Assembly (NCBI GenBank): GCA_963804995.1
Contig: CAWDSK010000003.1
Location: forward strand, 928,001 to 992,000
DNA: 64,000 bases
Reading direction: 5' to 3'
Origin: an uncultured Acidobacteriota bacterium
GTDB lineage: Bacteria; Acidobacteriota; Terriglobia; UBA7540
Positions 29,949-39,724 of this stretch are shown here, piece by piece. The notes under the pieces are model-generated. The model had not been told where the DNA came from. It made no database searches and worked only from the letters and a program-made list of their open reading frames with translations. A program made the translations under genes and the position numbers. The number at the start of each line of letters is the position of its first letter. Within the stretch, counting starts at the first letter, position 1.

Positions 29949-30827
29949 TCAGGCCGCCACCGGCTCGAACTTTGCCAACAGCTTCTTGGCAGGCACGATA
30001 TTGCGCTGCAGCCCGAGTTCTTTAGCTGAAAAGCCGAGTGCCAGTCCGAGGAGTTGCGTGAAATACACAACCGGCATGGAAATATCGCCATACTTCTTGC
30101 CGGCTTCCTCCTGGAACGCATCCAGGTTGAACTGGCAGAGGGGGCAGATTGTGGAAACCACTTGTGCCCCGCGCCGTGCCGCTTCTTTGAGCAGAATATG
30201 AATGAGAGAAAGGCCAACCTCCGGCAGGGTACCTTTCTGGCTTCCCCCACAACAGCGGGTCTTCAGGGGGTAGTCCGCGACCTCGGCGCCTGCGGCTTCC
30301 AACAGCTTGTCCATGGAAACCGGGTAGTACATCAGATCGAAGGTGGCGTAAGGGCGAACAATCTGGCAGCCGTAATAGGGAGCCACTTTCAGACCCGTGA
30401 GCGGCGTTTTGATGCGCGCTTTGATATAGTCCAATCCGACATCATGAATCAGCACATCGAGAGGATGCCGAACCTTGACGGTCCCCTTGTAACTCAGCCC
30501 GGCGGCCTTGAAGCCGTGCTCCAGAACCTTCGCGACCTTCGGATACTCCACAATGTACCGTTGCGCTTTGTTGAGAACCAGGTAACAAGCGCTACAGGGC
30601 GCCAGCAAATCCATGTTGCTTTGCTCTGCGATTGCCAGGTTGCGCCCCGCCAAGGCAAAGGCGTTCGTTTCATCCATGGACATATAAGCCGTCGCGCCGC
30701 AACAATTCCAGTCTTCCAGTTCCACGAGTTCAACATCCAGCGCCTTGAAGACGGCCAGCAACGATTCTTCGTAGGCCTTTCCTGTCCCTCGCAGCGAGCA
30801 GCCCGGGTAATAGAGGTATTGCTTCAT
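29949..30827 (-). CDS. hdrB: Heterodisulfide reductase subunit B
   Basis: Two CCG domains: YYPGC...WNCCG...CSAC and YYGC...CCGG...CPLC. Confidence 0.95.
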   Translation of the reverse strand: MKQYLYYPGCSLRGTGKAYEESLLAVFKALDVELVELEDWNCCGATAYMSMDETNAFALAGRNLAIAEQSNMDLLAPCSACYLVLNKAQRYIVEYPKVAKVLEHGFKAAGLSYKGTVKVRHPLDVLIHDVGLDYIKARIKTPLTGLKVAPYYGCQIVRPYATFDLMYYPVSMDKLLEAAGAEVADYPLKTRCCGGSQKGTLPEVGLSLIHILLKEAARRGAQVVSTICPLCQFNLDAFQEEAGKKYGDISMPVVYFTQLLGLALGFSAKELGLQRNIVPAKKLLAKFEPVAA

Positions 30828-31414
30828 GCCGCCACCTCCTTCTTCTCCGCCTCAACGGTATCCAGCAATTTCTGAAGTTGTTTGCGGTTGTGGATGGATT
30901 CGGGGATGATCCCCATCCGTCCGGTAAGGAAGAGCTTGGTCCCCAGCTTGGACATGCCCAGCAATCTCAGGATCGCCGTCTTCAGAAACACCCTGAAAAC
31001 AAGCCACGTTTCCGTGATGCGACCTTTACTTCGAATCATGGCTCCAAACTCACTGGCCAAGACAGGAATGGGAAATCGTTTGGGATAAACCCCGTCCTCG
31101 ATGGCGCGCCGCTTCAGCGCATACATGATGTCGGTCACTCGGATCTTTCGCGGGCACTCAACCGTGCAGGAGTAACAACTCGTGCAGAGCCAGATGGTGA
31201 AACTCTCCAGCACGTCGCGTTTGAAGCCCTCCCGCGCCATGTGGATTAATCGCCGCGGGGTAAAGTCCATGTACGGAGAAAGCGGACAGCTCGCGCTGCA
31301 AGTTCCGCATTGGATGCAATTGCGGATACGCTCTCCTCCCATGACCCCGGTGACCCATTGCGCGAACTCGCGGTCCCGTTCGACCTCGTACTTGATTAAA
31401 CTCTTCACCGCCAT
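30824..31414 (-). CDS. hdrC: Heterodisulfide reductase subunit C
   Basis: CIQCGTCSASCP, IWLCTSCYSCTVECPR. Confidence 0.93.
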   Translation of the reverse strand: MAVKSLIKYEVERDREFAQWVTGVMGGERIRNCIQCGTCSASCPLSPYMDFTPRRLIHMAREGFKRDVLESFTIWLCTSCYSCTVECPRKIRVTDIMYALKRRAIEDGVYPKRFPIPVLASEFGAMIRSKGRITETWLVFRVFLKTAILRLLGMSKLGTKLFLTGRMGIIPESIHNRKQLQKLLDTVEAEKKEVAA

Positions 31415-31580
31415 GAGGATTTCCTCCCCCGGTTTATGGCAAAAGACTGACTGGATGCTTCGAAGATTGGTTGTGAGCTAAGTAATGAGTGCTGGCTAGC
31501 GAGGCGCACGGAATAGACGTGTGTCTGAAGTCGACGCAAACGCTTACCCCCCGTCAAGGTAGGCAATAGATAAATAATCC

Positions 31581-31597
31581 TGCAAGGTACGGGCCAA
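31581..31597 (-). promoter_or_regulatory. Sigma-54 (-24/-12) promoter for hdrCBA-mvhDGA-hyp
   Basis: Minus strand TTGGCCCGTACCTTGCA = GG-N10-GC. Confidence 0.7.
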
Positions 31598-31955
31598 CGG
31601 TGAGCAGTTGACAAGGGCTTAGAATCCCTTAATTCCTGCACAAAGCTATGCAGACCGTGTGTAAGAATTGTCAGCGCCTTGTATGATCGGGCAGGGACAA
31701 ATCTGCGGTGGGATGTTGAATTACTCTACTTACATGCGCAACGGGCCCCCATCCTGTCCGAGTTTCTGAAAGAGGCCGGGAAATGCGGTGCTAACCCTTC
31801 TCGGACATTTCAGCTTGAATTTGTCATCTTGGCGAGCAAACTTTGCCGACTGGGCAGGTTTAGCCACCACGCTTTTGCGTTAAATCACGCCAAATGCCGG
31901 GTTTAAAGACAATTTGCCTTCGAATAGGAACGCAGTTTGGACTAACGACCGGCTT

Positions 31956-32615
31956 CTATTTACCACAGCGTTTCTGGTTGCGGGTTGTGGCCCTAACGGC
32001 AGACTCGGTGCGGCCGGCCCCCACCAAGTGTCGAACCTGATCTACGACTTTGGGAAGCGCCGCCGTGACCACGCGTGAAAGCCCCTCTCCGAAGGCGAAG
32101 GTCTCAGCCGAAACCGTGATCGCCACGCCGCGGGGCCGTGCTCCATATAGATTCTGGGCGTTGGCCAGCAGACCGGAGGGTGTCGAGCTATGCGTGAACC
32201 CTGACGGACTCGGGGCTTGAGGTTGAACAATTCGCCGGTGGATACGCCCGGGCGTTCCCTGACAATCTGCGTCAATGAATACCGCGAGGTCGCACCGGCT
32301 GAGTTGTTCTGAGAGCTCTGGGGTAAGCTGGTGGCAGGTAACCACATCAATCCCCCGCCCCCGCAGCGTTACTGAGAGAGCCTGGGCCGCATGCCAGCCG
32401 AATCCGTCATCGCCCCGCAGGGGGTTCCCGTAGCCGATGATGAGCACCCGAAGTCCGTGGTGCGAAGTCCGCAGGAGACGTTCAGAGTTCGAAATTCGAA
32501 ACTCGAAATTCGAAACTCGCAAATCGTTCGAGCTCTTGCCGATTTTCGATTTTCGATTTTCGACTTTCGCTTGCCGGATACCGGATTTCCGACCTCGGAC
32601 TCCGGACTTACTCAT
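31956..32615 (-). CDS. hoxW: Hydrogenase maturation endopeptidase HoxW with repeat-derived N-terminal extension
   Basis: VLIIGYGNPLRGDDGFG, HQLTPEL, VFIDA; ATG overlaps the hoxH stop; a later GTG start (~32447) is possible. Confidence 0.85.
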   Translation of the reverse strand: MSKSGVRGRKSGIRQAKVENRKSKIGKSSNDLRVSNFEFRISNSERLLRTSHHGLRVLIIGYGNPLRGDDGFGWHAAQALSVTLRGRGIDVVTCHQLTPELSEQLSRCDLAVFIDADCQGTPGRIHRRIVQPQAPSPSGFTHSSTPSGLLANAQNLYGARPRGVAITVSAETFAFGEGLSRVVTAALPKVVDQVRHLVGAGRTESAVRATTRNQKRCGK

Positions 32616-34033
32616 TGACTCCTCAATTCATCCACCACCGAGCCATCTGACTCCAGCAACTGGATGCGCAGAGGTATCTGGCCGGAGGCATGGGTTGAGC
32701 AGCTCAAGCAGGGATCATAGGCCCGCACCACGGCGGAAACGCGATTCAGCATTCCCTCCTTAAGGTGCTTGCCGTCGATGAAGTGACGAGCCACCTGCTC
32801 AATGCTGCGGTTGATAGCCAGGTTGTTGTGTCCTGTAGCGATAATCAGGTTTGCCCAGGTGATGGCGCCCTGCTCGTTCACCTTGTAGTGATGGATCAGG
32901 ATGCCGCGTGGCGCCTCAGCCATGCCCACACCTTCCAGGGAATTCACCCCCGCCCGAGCGCGCACCTGCGTGCCCAGAATGGCAGGATGATTCAGCAGAA
33001 TCTCCATGCGCTCCAACCCGTAGAGCGCTTCAATCAAGCGTGCGTAGTGGAAGTGGAAGGAACTTGGCACAATCTTTCCCAGGCGCTGGTGGAATTCTGA
33101 GAACTCCGCATCCGCTTCAGGCGTGCCACAGCTTTTCGCCACGTTCAGCCGCGCCAGGGGGCCGACCCGATAGACCCCGGCGGGATATCCCAGGGGCTTG
33201 TAGTAAGGCGCTTTCAGATAGGAGTTGGGCAGCGACGCCTCACCGATAAACTTGGCGTAGTCACGGGCCGGCACGTGGTCCGCAATAATTTTTCCATCCG
33301 GATCCTTGAAGCGGATATCACCGTCATAAAGCTGGAGCTTCCCGGCTGGGTCGACGAGGCCCGCGTACATGCTTGGCGCATTTCCAAAATGCTCGATTTC
33401 CTCTTTGAACTGGTCCAGCACGCCCTTAAAGAACTTCAGCGTGCGGCGGACAATGGCTTTGGCATCAGGCAAGCCAGCCAGGATCTTATCGCGCGTGGCT
33501 GAGGCAAGCGGCGCGTTGACTCCGCCCGGTACCGTCCAGGAGGGATGAATTCTTTCCTTGGCGAGGCCTTCAATCACTTGCTGCCCGTATTTCCGCAGGG
33601 CGATACCGTCGCGGGCAATGTCCGGGTACTTCTCGAGGATTCCCAAGACATTGCGGCTTGCGGGGTCGGAGTCCATTCCCAGCAGCAGATCGGGTGCGGA
33701 AAGATGGAAAAAGCTGAGCGCGTGCGATTGCACAAACTGGCCGCAATGCAGCACCTCGCGCAGCAGTGCGGCGGTTTCAGGGATGCGCACGCTCATGATG
33801 GCGTCGCAGGCTTTGGAGGAGGCCAGCAGGTGGCTGATGGGGCAGATCCCGCAAATCCGCGCCGTAATCGAGGGCATTTCATAATAGGGGCGGCCCTCCG
33901 TGAACTTTTCAAAGCCCCGCACCTGCGTCACATGGAACTGCGTCGAGGCGACATGCCCATCATCACCCAATTGGATGGTGATTTTGGCATGACCCTCAAT
34001 GCGCGTGACAGGATCGATCGTGATTCTCTTCAT
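32612..34033 (-). CDS. hoxH: Group 3d [NiFe]-hydrogenase large subunit
   Basis: [44 protein letters not shown] plus tail. Confidence 0.95.
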   Translation of the reverse strand: MKRITIDPVTRIEGHAKITIQLGDDGHVASTQFHVTQVRGFEKFTEGRPYYEMPSITARICGICPISHLLASSKACDAIMSVRIPETAALLREVLHCGQFVQSHALSFFHLSAPDLLLGMDSDPASRNVLGILEKYPDIARDGIALRKYGQQVIEGLAKERIHPSWTVPGGVNAPLASATRDKILAGLPDAKAIVRRTLKFFKGVLDQFKEEIEHFGNAPSMYAGLVDPAGKLQLYDGDIRFKDPDGKIIADHVPARDYAKFIGEASLPNSYLKAPYYKPLGYPAGVYRVGPLARLNVAKSCGTPEADAEFSEFHQRLGKIVPSSFHFHYARLIEALYGLERMEILLNHPAILGTQVRARAGVNSLEGVGMAEAPRGILIHHYKVNEQGAITWANLIIATGHNNLAINRSIEQVARHFIDGKHLKEGMLNRVSAVVRAYDPCLSCSTHASGQIPLRIQLLESDGSVVDELRSQ

Positions 34034-34049
34034 GGGTACCTCTCCTCAG

Positions 34050-34210
34050 GGCAGAAAGCAGAAGGCAGTAGGCAGAAAGCAGAAGGCAGTAAGCAGAAAG
34101 CAGAAGGCAGTAAGCAGAAGGCAGAAGGCAGTAAGCAGAAGGCAGAAGGCAGTAAGCAGAAGGCAGAAGGCAGTAAGCAGAAGGCAGAAAGCAGTAGGCA
34201 GTAAGCAGCA
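34050..34210. repeat. 23-unit heptamer tandem array (RGCAGWA) with 21-bp higher-order period
   Basis: 161 bp of GGCAGAA/AGCAGAA/GGCAGTA units ending next to the hoxH SD. Confidence 0.95.
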
Positions 34211-34357
34211 GGCCGAAAAAAGCAAGTCAAAAGGCAAAGCGCAAAACGCAAAAGGCAAAAGTAACATCCCAAGAACGACTTCATTGCAACCATAACTGCG
34301 GCTTTGCCTTTTGCGTTTAGCCTCTTGATTTGTTCTTCCCGTTGCCGGGAAACAAGA

Positions 34358-34750
34358 CTAATCATGGGCTTTTTCCTTTGCCCTTCCCTTAGTGGTAGCG
34401 ACCGATTTTGAAAGGATCGCCAGCAACTGATTCGATTCATCTAATAGGCCGCACATTCGTTCTGCCGGAAACTTTCCGGACTTAACCAGGAGACGGAGCC
34501 AATAGTTAGATTCCCGCAACTCCTTCAGGGCAATCTGTAGCTTGTGGACAAAATCATCTTTGGACTCTGCTCCCCTCGCCTCTTCGTAGTTCGCACCTGC
34601 TGACGTACCACTACGCAGTAGTTGGTCCGCCACACGCCGTCCGACAAGCGTATTCGGCAGAGACTCAACCAGTTTGATGGTTCTTGCGCCATATTCCAAT
34701 AGCCGCTCTCGTAGATCCCGCCTCTCTTGGATCATTGCCGTCTGTCCCAC
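34358..34750 (-). CDS. Four-helix-bundle protein (23S rRNA-IVP/bAvd-like family)
   Basis: [37 protein letters not shown]; start 34750 (GTG) or 34735 (ATG). Confidence 0.92.
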   Translation of the reverse strand: MGQTAMIQERRDLRERLLEYGARTIKLVESLPNTLVGRRVADQLLRSGTSAGANYEEARGAESKDDFVHKLQIALKELRESNYWLRLLVKSGKFPAERMCGLLDESNQLLAILSKSVATTKGRAKEKAHD

Positions 34751-34799
34751 GGTTTTGCCTTTTGACTTTTGCGTTTTGCCTTTTGACTTGTTCTTGTCC

Positions 34800-35329
34800 T
34801 CACCCGAATTTCACCTTCGCACTCAAGTCAGGAATCCGCCCTTCAAGCAACTCCATCAACACGTAGGCGATGGCCGACGCAGGGGGCGGGCAACCTGGCA
34901 CAAACAGATCGACCTTGACCACCTCCTGCAACGGGATAGCACGTTTCAACAGTTGGGGCACGCCGTCAGTCGGTATGCGCGGCCGTTCATCAGCGCCCTG
35001 GATGTAGATTCGCTCCAGGAGTTTCCTGACCGGAATGGAATTGCGCATCCCCGGAACGTTACTGGTTATGGCGCAATCGCCCAACGCTACCAGTACCCGG
35101 GTGCATTCCCGGACATGCTTGATCTTCTCCAGGTCGTCCTGGTTTGAGACCGCTCCCTCCACGATGGTTACATCCACGTCTTCAGGAAACTCCTGGGCAT
35201 CGACCAGGGGCCATAGACCAAGTCAGCCTTTTGGGCCACGACGGCGATAGCTTCGTCAATATCCAGAATCGACATGTGGCAACCGGAGCAGCCATCCAGC
35301 CACAGCGTAGCCAGTTTCGCTTTCTTCAT
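34800..35329 (-). CDS. hoxY: Group 3d hydrogenase small subunit HoxY (single-base frameshift at ~35208)
   Basis: LATLWLDGCSGCHMS; one extra C restores YGPLVDAQEFPEDVDV; EGAV, GDCA..SNVP, PGCPP. Confidence 0.92.
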
Positions 35330-35461
35330 GCGTGCACTCCCCAGTCCAAATTTCACCGACCACTCGGCAAGAAGGTAGTAGGCAGAAGGCAGTAGGCAGA
35401 AAACGGCGCTATGCTGCAACTTGGGAACCTGGCGCAAACCTCTCGCGGTGTTCCAGCATAA

Positions 35462-35672
35462 CTAGTGTCGTGTCCCGAGTTAGAGTTGACAATGGGTAGA
35501 ACCCCCTCACCCGTCTGGCCTCGGCTGATGAGAACGCCTCGGCCAGCCACCCTCTCCCCCAAAGGGGCGAGGGCGAGAAAATTAACTCTCCCCTCGCCCC
35601 TTTGGGGGAGAGGGGTTGGGGGGTGAGGGGGTCGGCCAGCCTTGTCAAATATTAACCGGGACACCACACTAG
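35462..35672. mobile_element. MITE with IS630-like ends, copy 2 (between hoxU and hoxY)
   Basis: CTAGTGTCGTGTCCCG...CGGGACACCACACTAG; near-identical to 13884..14096. Confidence 0.8.
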
Positions 35673-35748
35673 GCAACATCATCCCAATCTCCTCATAGTG
35701 CCGTCTGCCTTCCGCCTTCCGCCTTCTGCCTTCAGCTTTCTGCCTTCT

Positions 35749-36459
35749 CTACGCGTGCACTCCCCGTTTAGTGGCCAGCCACTTGATGTTTTCATTGCGC
35801 TTGGCCATTTCTTCCACCGAACAACCCTTTTCCGCCAGCGCGCCCGTGGGGCAAACCTGCACGCACTTGCCGCAATTAGTGCAGGACTTCGATTCCCCCC
35901 AGGGCCGGTCGAGATCCGAGACCAGGCGCGAGTTAATGCCGCGGGCGCTGATTTCCCACACGTTTGCCCCTTCAACCTCTGCGCAGACACGCACGCAGCG
36001 GGTGCAAAGGATGCACCGGTTGTGATCCAAAACATACCGCTCGTGCGAAACATCCACGGACAAGCGTGGGTAATTGTAAGGGAAATTAACGTGCGTCACT
36101 CCCAGGCGCTGGGCCATGGCCTGCAGTTCGCAGTGATTGTTCGAGACGCAGACCGAGCAATAATGGTTGCGCTCGATCAGCAGGAACTCCAGGGCCATGC
36201 GCCGGTGGTGCAAAAGCTTTTCAGACTCAGTGGTCACCGACATGCCATTCTGAATGGGCGTCGTACAGGCCGGCAGCAGGCGTCCCACCCCGGCGACTTC
36301 CACCAGGCAGAGCCGGCAGGAACCAGAGGCAGTCAGCCCCTCCAGGAAGCAGAGGGTGGGGATGTACTTCTTGTTGGCGCGCGCCACGTCCAGAATGGTC
36401 TGGTTCTCGCTGGCCCGGCAAAGCTCACCGTCGATTCTCACTGAAATTTCTTGAGGCAT
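35749..36459 (-). CDS. hoxU: Diaphorase Fe-S subunit HoxU
   Basis: IPTLC...CRLCLV...ACTT, ERNHYCSVC.....CELQ, RCILCTRCVRVC, CTNCGKCVQVCPTGAL. Confidence 0.95.
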   Translation of the reverse strand: MPQEISVRIDGELCRASENQTILDVARANKKYIPTLCFLEGLTASGSCRLCLVEVAGVGRLLPACTTPIQNGMSVTTESEKLLHHRRMALEFLLIERNHYCSVCVSNNHCELQAMAQRLGVTHVNFPYNYPRLSVDVSHERYVLDHNRCILCTRCVRVCAEVEGANVWEISARGINSRLVSDLDRPWGESKSCTNCGKCVQVCPTGALAEKGCSVEEMAKRNENIKWLATKRGVHA

Positions 36460-36477
36460 CTCACTTCTCCTTTGCCA

Positions 36478-36556
36478 GAGTCGAAACTCGAAATTCGAAA
36501 CTCGAAATTCGATGCAGCGCGTGCGAGTTTCGAATTTCGAGTTTCGAGTTTCGCTC
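36478..36556. repeat. Heptamer hairpin (CGAAAYT arms) filling the hoxF-hoxU spacer
   Basis: Four CGAAACT/CGAAATT units facing four reverse-complement units. Confidence 0.9.
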
Positions 36557-39500
36557 CTACCGGCGTTCCGGCACGTGGCCGTTTTCGCGAATGTCGCAGC
36601 GCAGGCAGCGAGCCGCCTCTTCCAGAGCCTCCTCGGTCGTCAGAGGCAGCACTGCTTCCTGGAAATCCTTCACCCGAACCTTGGCAGGAAGCGGGTGCGG
36701 ATGATGCCGGCCGCACTCACTCGGCTGGGCAGGCGGCGTCTGGTCGTATTCGAAGTGCGGCATGAACTCCTGAACTCGCACTTCGTCCATTAACCGCTGG
36801 TCGATAAAGCGCGCCGCCTTCTTTCCGTAGCCCATAGCGTTTGAAACATTGGAAGCACCTGAAATCAGGTCGCCGCCGGCATAAAATTTTTCGCGGCTGG
36901 TCTCCAGCGTGTAGCGATCGAATTCAAGCGTCCCGTGCTCCGTGACGCTGAGGCCGGAGGCCTTGCAGAAATCGCGGTCCACCGCCTCGCCCACGGCGAG
37001 AACCACGGTGTCACACTTAAACCTCTGGATCTCTTCGGTGGGGATGGGCCGCCGGCGACCCGAGGAGTCGAACTCACCGAGGCGCGTCTTCACCACCTCA
37101 ATGGCTTTCACCGCGCCGTTTTCACCCACAATGCGGTGGGGGGTCGCGAGGAACACGAAGTGGGCGCCTTCCTGCTCAGCCGCTTCCACTTCTTCATTGA
37201 TAGCGGGCATATCTTTGCGCTCGCGACGGTAGATCACCGTGACGGTCGCGCCCTTGCGCAACGCCGTGCGCGCGGAATCGATGGCGGCGTTGCCGCCTCC
37301 GATGATGGCCACGCGTTGACCGAGCGCCACCGGTTCGCTCTTGGCGATGCCTTCCAAAAAGAGCAGCGCCGGCATAACACCCTTCAGTTCAGCTCCCGGC
37401 AGGTGAACCCCCGCCTCCTTCCAGGTACCGATGGAAAGGAAGACCGCGTCGAACTGCAAGCCGAGATCGTTGAGGGGAATGTCCGTCCCCACGCTCTTGT
37501 TGAACATAAAGTTGACGCCCACGCGGCGGATCAGTTCGATTTCCTTGGTAAGGACCGCTTTGGGCAAGCGATATTCGGGGAGCACATATCGCAACATGCC
37601 CCCGGCATCGGCGTGGGACTCAAAGATTGTGACCTCGTGGCCGAACAGGGCGAGGTAGAACGCCGCGGTAAGGCCTGCGGGACCCGCGCCCACCACCGCC
37701 ACCTTGCGGCCGGTGGACGCCATTCGCCGCGCCACAATGCGGCCCACCATTTCCTCGAAACGGTCCGAGAGCAGGATGGAATCCGCAATCAGCCGGTGCA
37801 CTTCGCGCATGTTCACCGCTGCATCCATGACGTGGCGGCGGCAGCGATTGTCGCAGGGATGCTGGCAAACGCGTCCCGTGGACGCCGGCAGCGGGTTATC
37901 CAGAATCACCGATTCAAAGGCTTCATCCAACCGCCCTTCCTTGTACAGCTCGAGGAAGCGCGGAATGTTCATGTGCAGCGGGCAACTGTTCTCACAGGGA
38001 GAAAGTGCGAGGTCCGGACACACGCCGGCGCGGCAGCGATGGGCGCGCAGGTGATCTTCAAATTCGTGCCGGAAGTGCCGCATCGTGGTGAGCACCGGAT
38101 TGGGCGCCGTTTGTCCCAGCCCGCAGAGTGAGGTGTCGCGAATCATGCGCCCCAGCTCGTCCAGGTGGGCCAAGTCCTCTTCCGTGCCCTTTCCCTGCGT
38201 GAAGTCATTCAGGATGCGCAGCCCTTTATCCAGCCCCACGCGGCAGGGCACGCATTTGCCGCACGACTCGGAGTGGGTGAACTCGATGAAGTAGCGGGCA
38301 ACGTCCACCATGCAGTTATCGTCGTCCATCACTACCATGCCGCCGGAGCCCATGATGGAGCCGAGCTTTGCCAGGGTTTCATAATCCACCGGAGTATCGA
38401 ACATCTCCTGCGGAATGCAGCCCCCCGATGGGCCACCCGTTTGCACGGCTTTGATGGCATGACCGCTGGCGGCGCCTTCACCCACGTCGTAAACAAATGT
38501 CTTGAGCGGCGTGCCCAACGGCATTTCCACCAGGCCCGTGTTTCTCACCTTGCCGACCAGGGAAAACACCTTGGTTCCGGGACTCTTGGCGCTGCCGGTT
38601 TCCGTGAACCAGGCCGGACCCTTGGCGACAATAGGAGCGATGTTGTACCAAGTCTCAACGTTGTTGATGTTGGTGGGATACCCCCACAGGCCTTTCTGCG
38701 CGGGAAAGGGCGGGCGTGGCCGGGGGCGGCCCGAAAGGCCTTCCAGTGAGCAGATGAGCGCCGTCTCTTCACCGCAGACGAAGGCGCCGGCGCCCTCCAC
38801 CAGCTCGATCTGGAAATTGAAACCGCGGCCGAGAATATCCTCACCCAGCAAACCGTATTCCTTTGCCTGTTCGACGGCGCGTTCCAGGCGGTGTACGGCC
38901 AGCGGGTATTCCGCCCGGATGTAAATGATGCCCAGGGTGGCGCCGGTCAGGAAGCCGCCAATCAGCATGCCTTCGAGCAGTGCGTGCGGGTCGCTTTCGA
39001 TTTCGTTCCGGTTCATGTAAGCGCCCGGGTCGCCCTCATCGGCATTGCAGATGATGTATTTCTTTTCCGCCACGGCTTTGCGGAGATAGTCCCACTTCTG
39101 CCCGGTGGAGAAGCCCGCCCCGCCCCGTCCGCGCAGCTTGGCTGCCTTGATCTGCTCAATGACCGCATCCGGCCGGTTATCGATCAGCACATTGTAGAGT
39201 GCCAGGTAACCGCCCGCGGCCATGAACTCTTCCACATCGTCAGGGTTTATCAGCCCGCAATTACGCATCACAATCTTCTTCTGGCCTTTGAAGAAGGGGA
39301 TGCTCTGCCAGGAAGGAATATTGGCGTAACCGTTGCCATACTTGATTTGCGCGGTGATGTGGTCCCACTCCTCGATTTTGCAGAGGGCCAGGTCCGCCGG
39401 AATATTCCCCATCATCACATCGTCGAGAATGTCGTCAACGTGGTTGGACTGCACCTGTTTCAGGATGACCAGGGGCCGGCCCGGAATCCAGATATTGACC

Positions 39501-39724
39501 AGGGGTTCCTGGGCGCAGAAGCCGAAGCAGCCGACGCGAGCCAATTGAATATCCAGCCCGCGCTTATCGATGGAATCCGCGAAGGCATGGAAGACGCCCT
39601 CCGACCCGTTGCCTGTGCCGCAGGTCCCCATGCCCACGGCGATGCGCGGCCGCAAGGGAAGAAGCTTGGCCATCCCCAGGCCACGAATTCTGCTGAACGT
39701 GCTCAAATCCCGGATGCGCGTCAT
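36557..39724 (-). CDS. hoxF: HoxF/NuoF-like flavoprotein fused to a GltD/NfnB-like FAD/NAD(P) oxidoreductase
   Basis: Thioredoxin-like [2Fe-2S] (GMGTCG, GCFGFC); LRGRGGAGF, NADEGDPG, FVCGEET, SCGKCVPCR, SLCGLG; then PCENSCP, GRVCQHPC, GAGPAG, GGGNAAIDSAR, YRRERKDMPA, EAARCLRC; ATG overlaps the hoxE stop. Confidence 0.88.
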   Translation of the reverse strand: MTRIRDLSTFSRIRGLGMAKLLPLRPRIAVGMGTCGTGNGSEGVFHAFADSIDKRGLDIQLARVGCFGFCAQEPLVNIWIPGRPLVILKQVQSNHVDDILDDVMMGNIPADLALCKIEEWDHITAQIKYGNGYANIPSWQSIPFFKGQKKIVMRNCGLINPDDVEEFMAAGGYLALYNVLIDNRPDAVIEQIKAAKLRGRGGAGFSTGQKWDYLRKAVAEKKYIICNADEGDPGAYMNRNEIESDPHALLEGMLIGGFLTGATLGIIYIRAEYPLAVHRLERAVEQAKEYGLLGEDILGRGFNFQIELVEGAGAFVCGEETALICSLEGLSGRPRPRPPFPAQKGLWGYPTNINNVETWYNIAPIVAKGPAWFTETGSAKSPGTKVFSLVGKVRNTGLVEMPLGTPLKTFVYDVGEGAASGHAIKAVQTGGPSGGCIPQEMFDTPVDYETLAKLGSIMGSGGMVVMDDDNCMVDVARYFIEFTHSESCGKCVPCRVGLDKGLRILNDFTQGKGTEEDLAHLDELGRMIRDTSLCGLGQTAPNPVLTTMRHFRHEFEDHLRAHRCRAGVCPDLALSPCENSCPLHMNIPRFLELYKEGRLDEAFESVILDNPLPASTGRVCQHPCDNRCRRHVMDAAVNMREVHRLIADSILLSDRFEEMVGRIVARRMASTGRKVAVVGAGPAGLTAAFYLALFGHEVTIFESHADAGGMLRYVLPEYRLPKAVLTKEIELIRRVGVNFMFNKSVGTDIPLNDLGLQFDAVFLSIGTWKEAGVHLPGAELKGVMPALLFLEGIAKSEPVALGQRVAIIGGGNAAIDSARTALRKGATVTVIYRRERKDMPAINEEVEAAEQEGAHFVFLATPHRIVGENGAVKAIEVVKTRLGEFDSSGRRRPIPTEEIQRFKCDTVVLAVGEAVDRDFCKASGLSVTEHGTLEFDRYTLETSREKFYAGGDLISGASNVSNAMGYGKKAARFIDQRLMDEVRVQEFMPHFEYDQTPPAQPSECGRHHPHPLPAKVRVKDFQEAVLPLTTEEALEEAARCLRCDIRENGHVPERR

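Noticed and set aside
31620..31680. Rex operator upstream of hdrC
   Set aside because: Only half-site matches to TTGTGAA-N4-TTCACAA
33999..34440. ORFs encoding KQKAEGS or FCLLPSA repeats
   Set aside because: Translations of the heptamer array
34358..34750. Diversity-generating retroelement (Avd-like gene)
   Set aside because: No reverse transcriptase and no template/variable repeat pair with adenine-specific mismatches seen
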